Shown: piece after piece, positions 36,601 through 40,968 of the stretch
Numbering within the stretch: the stretch's first letter is position 1
Layout: each line of letters begins with the position of its first letter
Assembly: GCA_044339885.1 (NCBI GenBank)
Contig: JBIIUP010000003.1
Coordinates: 1-40,968 of the forward strand
DNA from: Pirellulales bacterium
GTDB lineage: Bacteria; Planctomycetota; Planctomycetia; Pirellulales; UBA1268
Direction: 5' to 3'
DNA: 40,968 nt
Program-made: the position numbers and the translations under genes
The notes under the pieces: model-generated
What the model was told of the DNA's origin: nothing
Seen by the model: only the letters and a program-made list of their open reading frames with translations
Databases searched by the model: none

Positions 36601-38746
36601 GATCGCCGGCGTTGGCGGCCAGGACGGAGTCGCCGTCGAGTTCGATGCCGTTGGTGACGGTCTGGGTGAACGACGACGCGTTCACGATGCCGACGCCCCC
36701 CAGGTGCAGCAGGTTGCCCCCGACGGTGTAGGAGCCGGTCGCCGATCCGGAGAACGTGAGGCCCGTGATGCCGGCCAACTCGTTCGGTCCCGTGCCGCTG
36801 ACGATGTCGTTCACCGAGACCCCGCCCGGCCCTGCGAACACGATCGCCGGATCGCCCTCGGGGGTGTCGGGATCGGAGTTCCAGTTGCCGCCGAAGCTCC
36901 ACGAGCCCGAGCCCGCGATCCAGACGTATTCGTCGAGCGGCGTGTGGGTGTAGACGAGGCTCAGGGTCGTGCTGTCGTTGGCCAGGCTGAAGGAGCCGAG
37001 CGCGGAATTGTAGGGAGTGAAGCCGCCGGTGGTAATCGTCCACCAGGTGCCCGAGCCGACCGAGATGCCGCCGGCGAACGTGCCGATGGTCCAGGTCCCG
37101 CTGGCGTTCGTCTGGAAATTGCCGACGGGGCCGGGCGTCGTCGAGCCGGAGAGCGAGAGCAGGTTGAGCGTGAAGGTGTTGCCGCTGGTGGCGTTGATCG
37201 TGAGTGACCCCGAGCTGTCGACAAGGTCCCAAGCCGTGCCCGCCGCTCCGGTGGCGCTGAGCATCTCCCAGTCGTATGCGCCGCCGCCGTCCCAGACCAT
37301 GTTGCCGGTGGTGAGCACGCCCGGGCTGTTGCCGGGACTGATCGAGCCGCCGCTGCCGATCGAAACGGCGCCCGTCGTGCCCGAGCCGCCGAGGATGCCG
37401 GCGGTGTTCACGGCGAGCGTGGCGCTGGCGAGCGATCCGTCGACGTTCAGCCGGCCGCCGCTGACCGTGGTCGTGCCGGTGAACCCGACGGCGCCCGAGA
37501 GCGTCAGCGCCCCGCCGCCGACCTTCGTGAGGCCGCCGCTGCCGGTGATGTTGCCGGAGAACGTCCCGGAGTCGCCGGCGCCGCCGACAGTGAGCGTGTG
37601 GGCCCCGATGCTCACGGTGCCGCTCCCCCGGAGCGCGGCGATGGCGTCGCTGCCGCCGAGGGCGAACGTCGCACCGGAGCTCACGTCGACCGTGGAGGCG
37701 TCGCCGATCACGTTGCCTGCGGCGGTGGCCAGCGTGCCGGCCACGACGGCGGTCGTCCCGGAGTAGGTGTTCACCCCGCCCAGCGTGACCGTGCCGCCCC
37801 CCTCCTTCCGCAGGCCGCTGGAGCCGGCGATCACGGAGTTGAGCGTCGCGGCGATTCCGGTCGTGGCCGTGATCACGTTGGCCGCGGCGGCGCCGCCGAG
37901 CGTGATCGTGCCGCCCTGGAGCGTGTAGCCGGTCGTGCCGAAGGCGATGCCGTTGGCGGCCGTGACCGCGCCGGCGGTCACGGTGCCGGCCGCTCCGGCG
38001 AACGTGGCCTTGTTCGTGGACAGCCAGTTGCCCGAGCCGTCCGCCCAGGTGCCGCTGCCGCCGGCGGCGGCGGACGATGTCCACAAGCCGCCGTTCCAGA
38101 GATCGGCGGCAGACGTCGTGACGCCCAGGACGAGGTCGTCGATCCGAAACGTCTGCGAACCCGTGCCACCGTAGCCGTACAGGCGGTATGTGACCGATGT
38201 TCCGGAGCTCGTCACGGAAGCCGGGCCGCGGTAGGCCCACGTCGAGGTGTTGGCGATCGTCCCCGGCGTGATCAGGTCGCCGGCGTAGGAGTCGACGCTC
38301 GACCGCAGCGTGTAGTTCTGTGGGCCTGTCGACGTCGATCTCGCCCCGAAGCCGATGCTCGACAGCGAGAACGTGTAGCCGGTCGCGGCGGAGAGCGTCA
38401 CCTGGTAGTAGGCGCTCGAGGCGGTCGAGAGGGCGCCCGCGATGGCGCTGATGCCCGCGTTGTTGCCCCCGGAGGCGGTCGCGGTCGTGCCGTTGAGCTG
38501 AAAGGTGTAGACCGACGACGCGGTCGTTGTGGAGTAGGCATTGCTCGGAGTGGTCGTCGTGTTGCCAATCCCGAGTGCGCCGACCGTCAGGTTGGCGACG
38601 CCCGTCACCGACGTCACGGTGCCCGACGTCGTCATGTTCCAGTAGAGATCGCCCGCGACGCCGTCCGGCGCCGAGGACGCGATGATCCACGCCGCGACGG
38701 CGATTCGAGTCATCGTGCCGAAGGGATGTCGCACGGCTCGGTTCAT
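33620..38746 (-). CDS. Large PEP-CTERM surface protein with autotransporter-associated beta-strand repeats (1708 aa)
   Basis: Signal peptide; about 8 GL.K.G.G.LTL.G.N.Y.G.T repeats; C-terminal VPEP (33755-33766) followed by a TM helix and RRRGR. Start placed at ATG 38746. Confidence 0.92.
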   Translation of the reverse strand: MNRAVRHPFGTMTRIAVAAWIIASSAPDGVAGDLYWNMTTSGTVTSVTGVANLTVGALGIGNTTTTPSNAYSTTTASSVYTFQLNGTTATASGGNNAGISAIAGALSTASSAYYQVTLSAATGYTFSLSSIGFGARSTSTGPQNYTLRSSVDSYAGDLITPGTIANTSTWAYRGPASVTSSGTSVTYRLYGYGGTGSQTFRIDDLVLGVTTSAADLWNGGLWTSSAAAGGSGTWADGSGNWLSTNKATFAGAAGTVTAGAVTAANGIAFGTTGYTLQGGTITLGGAAAANVITATTGIAATLNSVIAGSSGLRKEGGGTVTLGGVNTYSGTTAVVAGTLATAAGNVIGDASTVDVSSGATFALGGSDAIAALRGSGTVSIGAHTLTVGGAGDSGTFSGNITGSGGLTKVGGGALTLSGAVGFTGTTTVSGGRLNVDGSLASATLAVNTAGILGGSGTTGAVSIGSGGSISPGNSPGVLTTGNMVWDGGGAYDWEMLSATGAAGTAWDLVDSSGSLTINATSGNTFTLNLLSLSGSTTPGPVGNFQTNASGTWTIGTFAGGISVGSGTWWTITTGGFTPYNSALGSFSLANDSTTLSLVYTHTPLDEYVWIAGSGSWSFGGNWNSDPDTPEGDPAIVFAGPGGVSVNDIVSGTGPNELAGITGLTFSGSATGSYTVGGNLLHLGGVGIVNASSFTQTVTNGIELDGDSVLAANAGDLVVSGTVTTAGHGLTLQGANAISLGTVSGTGGLAKQGSGTATLTGPVSAATVSVTAGSLALGGANLLGDTAALAVSGGSLDLANFSDTVGTFSMSGGILAGSGTLSAATSTLSGGTVAATATLGGAAIVSTGNARLDGRSTASTLTLSSGTLVLGSAGRLAGGPAVDGSAGAGLALAGSETFGSLAGAANVVANSGTLTVGTANTSTSYAGTISGAGGLEKVGTGSLSLAGANTYTGPTTVSSGTLVMAAGGSLAAGSAVAVSSGATLAFDGFSTGTFANAVGGSGGLRVTGGIVTLSGANSYSGGTVVAGGSLVGTTTSLQGGITNDASLTFAQATSGTYSGTLVGSGTLAKSGAGTVTLSGNNGSFTGPTTISAGAIAVGSSSPLGTGGITLAGGTLSADGSPRTVANAVTFTDNGGLGNAASGALELSGPVGFGNALRTVTVGSGATATLSGGYGSGGISKAGAGVLVLGSSGTLTQLAITSGTLGIAAGQTVTTTASQLGSTGGRINVDGTLRSTATVAYTAPSGSVAVGPTGVVIQQGGAAGTANLLFDADVTWAAGSTFVFRDFSENPSVSGRTYAMNVVFDSSGAARTTTLSAGSNPWTVAGDLTVGDNVALNFSTFSGAADFQRNVIVGGTLGTVANGARGFTVNSGRELLLQNSGAVNIAASQAITVSGTIRSTATAGQTATIAGGTVSLAAGMKTFDVGAGTGAAGLAVSSVVTGAGGLRKTGAGLLTLTGITDFVGDTQVAAGRLAIGSSATLASDLIQVDAGATLDFLAASYFLGGSQTLGGNGTVAGADLVVAGGATIAPGASVGALTVETLTFGTGGVYQFELTNAAGSPGSSWDLVTVTDGFTLSGLSGDPAGQFTIDMINLSGTAAGFDPNADYRWRFLVANAAISSFDPTWFRIITTGFDGAAFTVARGGATSFDGGDDRGLYLVYAAVPEPHAVLLAGLGLALAGWAGRRRGRHGTAKKHENLTAASRNPHAVSS

Positions 38747-38904
38747 GGCATCGCCCCTGACGGTGTCCCCGGTGCGGGCCTCGTGCCCGGCACCGGACGA
38801 CGGATCTCGGACGACGGCGGCGACGTCAGTCGCGGCCTCCAACAGTCGCGGAATCCCGCGCGACACGGTCGCGTCCGATCCGCAGGCCGGACGCGACGGG
38901 ACGG

Positions 38905-38959
38905 ATGATGGTCCGGGCATGTGAGCCGCATGTGAGTCTCGTCCGAGAATTCGGTGAGC
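38905..38959 (-). promoter_or_regulatory. Four 11-bp-phased CTCAC-type direct repeats plus a CATCAT -10-like box upstream of the PEP-CTERM gene
   Basis: Minus strand: GCTCACCGAAT TCTCGGACGAG ACTCACATGCG GCTCAC-atgcccggac-CATCAT. Confidence 0.55.
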
Positions 38960-39339
38960 GCTCCGTCCGCCGCCGCCGACCGAAACAAGACGAACGGTGC
39001 CGCCAGGGAAAAGCTCCCGCGAAGAGCGTTCCCGGCTGTCCCCAAAACGCCGCTGGAATAGCACATGAAAGGACCGTTTTCCACCGGCCGCAGCCTCGGG
39101 CATCGTCCACCGGCGCTGACGGCCGGAACAGCGAATGCCGGGCCATTGCCCAAACGTCATCGTCGTCACGCGGCAATCCCGGCCCAGGCAAGCAAGGGAC
39201 GTCTGTGGCTGCCCGCCGGGCGGGCAGTGGCAGCCGCCGGTTGCCTCGAAAGCGATCAGCGGCCGGCGGGTCGGGTCGGGTATTCTCGTATTCTCGACGA
39301 GAAGGTCCGCCCACATCCGGTCCACTCCGAGGCCTCGCC

Positions 39340-40890
39340 ATGCAGCCCGATTCAAGATCCCCGCGAAGTCGCCGCCGATTTCTCGTCGAGGCCGGGGCGA
39401 TCGCGGGTTCGTCGCTGGTGCCCTCGGTGTCGCCGGGTGCCGACCTGGGCCGGGCCCGCACGATCTCGATCTTCCACACCACCGATCTCCACGGCCGCAT
39501 CCTCCCCACGAGCACCTACGAAGGGCTCGACGACGTGGGCGGCTTCGCCCGCTGTGCCAGCTGCATCCGCCAGTGGCGGCGGGAATCGCCGCACTCGCTG
39601 ACCGTCGACGTCGGCGACGTCGTGCAGGGCACCGCGGTGAGCCTGCATCGCGGCGGCCGGCTCATGATCGAGCTCTTCAATCGGCTCGGCTACGACGCCT
39701 GGACTCTCGGCAATCACGACTTCGACTGGGGGCCGGAGAAGACCGAGGGGCTCCTGGAGATCTCCCGGTCCCCGGTGCTCACGGGCAACGTCACCCGCGG
39801 CGGGGCGGCCGCCGGATCGTTCGCCGGCGCCTGGGGCAAAGTGAAACCCTGGACCGTCCGCGAGGTGGGGGGCTTCCGGATCGGACTCGTCGGCCTGATC
39901 ACGCCGGGCCTCGCCTTCTGGCTCTCCCCGGAGACGCTCGGCGGCGTGGCCGCCGTCGATCCCGTGGGGACGCTCCGGCAGTCGCTCGCCGAGCTCAAGG
40001 CGGAGAAGTGCGACGCGATCGTGGTGCTCGGCCACATGGGCTGGCGGTTCAACGACGACTACGCCAATCCCGTCCGGCTGATGCTCCGCGACGCCAAGGA
40101 CGTCGACGTCTACCTCGCCGGCCACTCCCACCAGGACCAGCCGGCTTGGACGCAGAGTGGCGTCGTCTGCTCCCAGGCCAGCTACCACGGCATCCACTGC
40201 GGCCGGGTGGACCTCACCTTCGACCTCGACCGGCGGAAGCTCGTCTCCCGGCGGGCGTTCACCATGCTCATGGACGACCGCTTCCCGCTCGACCCGCTGG
40301 TCATGGAGCTGGCGAAGCCCGACCTGGATGCCGCCGAGACGCAGCTGGCCCGCGAGGTCGCCACGCTCGAGCGTCCGCTCGGCGGCCGGGGCCGCGACAG
40401 CGAGCTGGTGTCGCTGCTCTGCGAGAGCTTCGCCGCGTCCCTGAAGAAGCAGGGCATCCCGGTCGACGGGGTCTTCCACGGCACCTTCGGCTCGGGCGAC
40501 CTGCAGCCCAAGCGGCTCACCGTCGCCGACTGCTGGAAGATCATTCCCTACGAGAACATGCTCGTGACCGCCGAGGTCACCGGGGGCGACCTGGTGAGGA
40601 TCCTCGGCGAGGACGCCGCGCTGGAGAACTCCGACCGGACGCTCTGGCCGTTCGAGGTGGCGCGGGACGAGCAGGGGAAGCCGCGGCGCATCCTGCGTGG
40701 CGGCGCGGAGCTGCCCAACGACAAGACCTTCACGATCGCGTTCAACAGCTACGACGCGCAGTCCGGGGGGCGGCGGTTCCTGGAGATGCGGGACATCCTC
40801 GCGGCCCCGCGGGCCAAGCGGCGGACGACGCCGCTCGACACGCGGACGGCGCTGATCGACGCGTTGCTGGACCGCGGTCGGATCGGCTGA
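39340..40890 (+). CDS. Tat-exported bifunctional metallophosphatase / 5'-nucleotidase (UshA/CpdB family)
   Basis: SRRRFL Tat motif; HTTDLHG, DVGD, GNHDFD, LGH and GHSH; C-terminal IPYEN and NSY nucleotidase-C motifs. Confidence 0.92.
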   Translation: MQPDSRSPRSRRRFLVEAGAIAGSSLVPSVSPGADLGRARTISIFHTTDLHGRILPTSTYEGLDDVGGFARCASCIRQWRRESPHSLTVDVGDVVQGTAVSLHRGGRLMIELFNRLGYDAWTLGNHDFDWGPEKTEGLLEISRSPVLTGNVTRGGAAAGSFAGAWGKVKPWTVREVGGFRIGLVGLITPGLAFWLSPETLGGVAAVDPVGTLRQSLAELKAEKCDAIVVLGHMGWRFNDDYANPVRLMLRDAKDVDVYLAGHSHQDQPAWTQSGVVCSQASYHGIHCGRVDLTFDLDRRKLVSRRAFTMLMDDRFPLDPLVMELAKPDLDAAETQLAREVATLERPLGGRGRDSELVSLLCESFAASLKKQGIPVDGVFHGTFGSGDLQPKRLTVADCWKIIPYENMLVTAEVTGGDLVRILGEDAALENSDRTLWPFEVARDEQGKPRRILRGGAELPNDKTFTIAFNSYDAQSGGRRFLEMRDILAAPRAKRRTTPLDTRTALIDALLDRGRIG

Positions 40891-40902
40891 CGCGGCGGTT
40901 CG

Positions 40903-40968
40903 GGAGACCGGTCGCCGTGCGACCGGAGTCCCGGTTGCACGGCAACCGGGCTACCGAGAGGCAACCGG
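40903..40968. repeat. Family-2 REP heterodoublet, running off the window edge
   Basis: GGAG-A-CCGGTCGC-cgt-GCGACCGG-agt-CCCGGTTGC-acg-GCAACCGGG-CTAC is a near-exact reverse complement of 18921-18972. Confidence 0.9.

Noticed and set aside
33620-38746. Classical type V autotransporter
   Set aside because: No C-terminal beta-barrel; the protein ends in VPEP, a TM helix and a basic cluster.
38995-39056. Cobalamin riboswitch (GGTGC...AGGGAA...CTGTCCCC)
   Set aside because: It lacks the GGTGnnAnTCC loop, GCAACTGT and a B12 box. GGGAA pairs locally with TTCCC as a simple hairpin, and no B12-related gene follows. An Rfam scan would settle it.
39281-39296. TATTCTCG x2 direct repeat upstream of the nucleotidase as part of the 11-bp motif
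   Set aside because: The period is 8 bp with only two copies, and it does not match the CTCAC phasing.
38747-39355. Overlapping N-terminal extensions of the PEP-CTERM and nucleotidase ORFs
   Set aside because: Signal peptides begin at 38746 and 39340. The extensions lack coding-like composition and cover the putative promoter.

Overview
Very GC-rich window that looks like a Planctomycete chromosome segment (inferred from a DUF1559 prepilin, a PEP-CTERM protein, a PDZ-containing YidC and an FHA-GAF histidine kinase). It is mostly housekeeping and envelope genes: yidC (5' partial)-mnmE-ALDH, a UvrD/Rep helicase, TPR-rluA, GT2 plus an FHA/GAF kinase, an M28 peptidase, skp-lpxC-lpxA-gnnA-like, a GNAT-M16-M16-ABC permease cluster, a TroABCD-type metal ABC importer, nfo, an alpha/beta hydrolase, DUF1559, a 1708-aa PEP-CTERM beta-repeat protein and a Tat-exported 5'-nucleotidase. 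I saw no tRNA, rRNA, CRISPR array, transposase or integrase. Four signals stand out. (1) Both Tro permeases carry DtxR/MntR-derived C-terminal tails that appear complementary (winged-helix-like on TroC, intact metal ligands on TroD), and two tandem TroR-like palindromes overlap the operon promoter. (2) The PEP-CTERM and DUF1559 genes share a promoter architecture of 11-bp-phased CTCAC repeats followed by N10 and CATnnT, resembling a Pho box, next to a secreted nucleotidase. (3) Two families of structured intergenic repeats occur: GTAG-REP heterodoublets, and a ~130-bp inverted-repeat element with compensatory changes and local tandem amplification. (4) There is a decayed ~141-bp tandem duplication at the 3' end of the GT2 gene. 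All calls were made by eye from motifs; no database searches were run.
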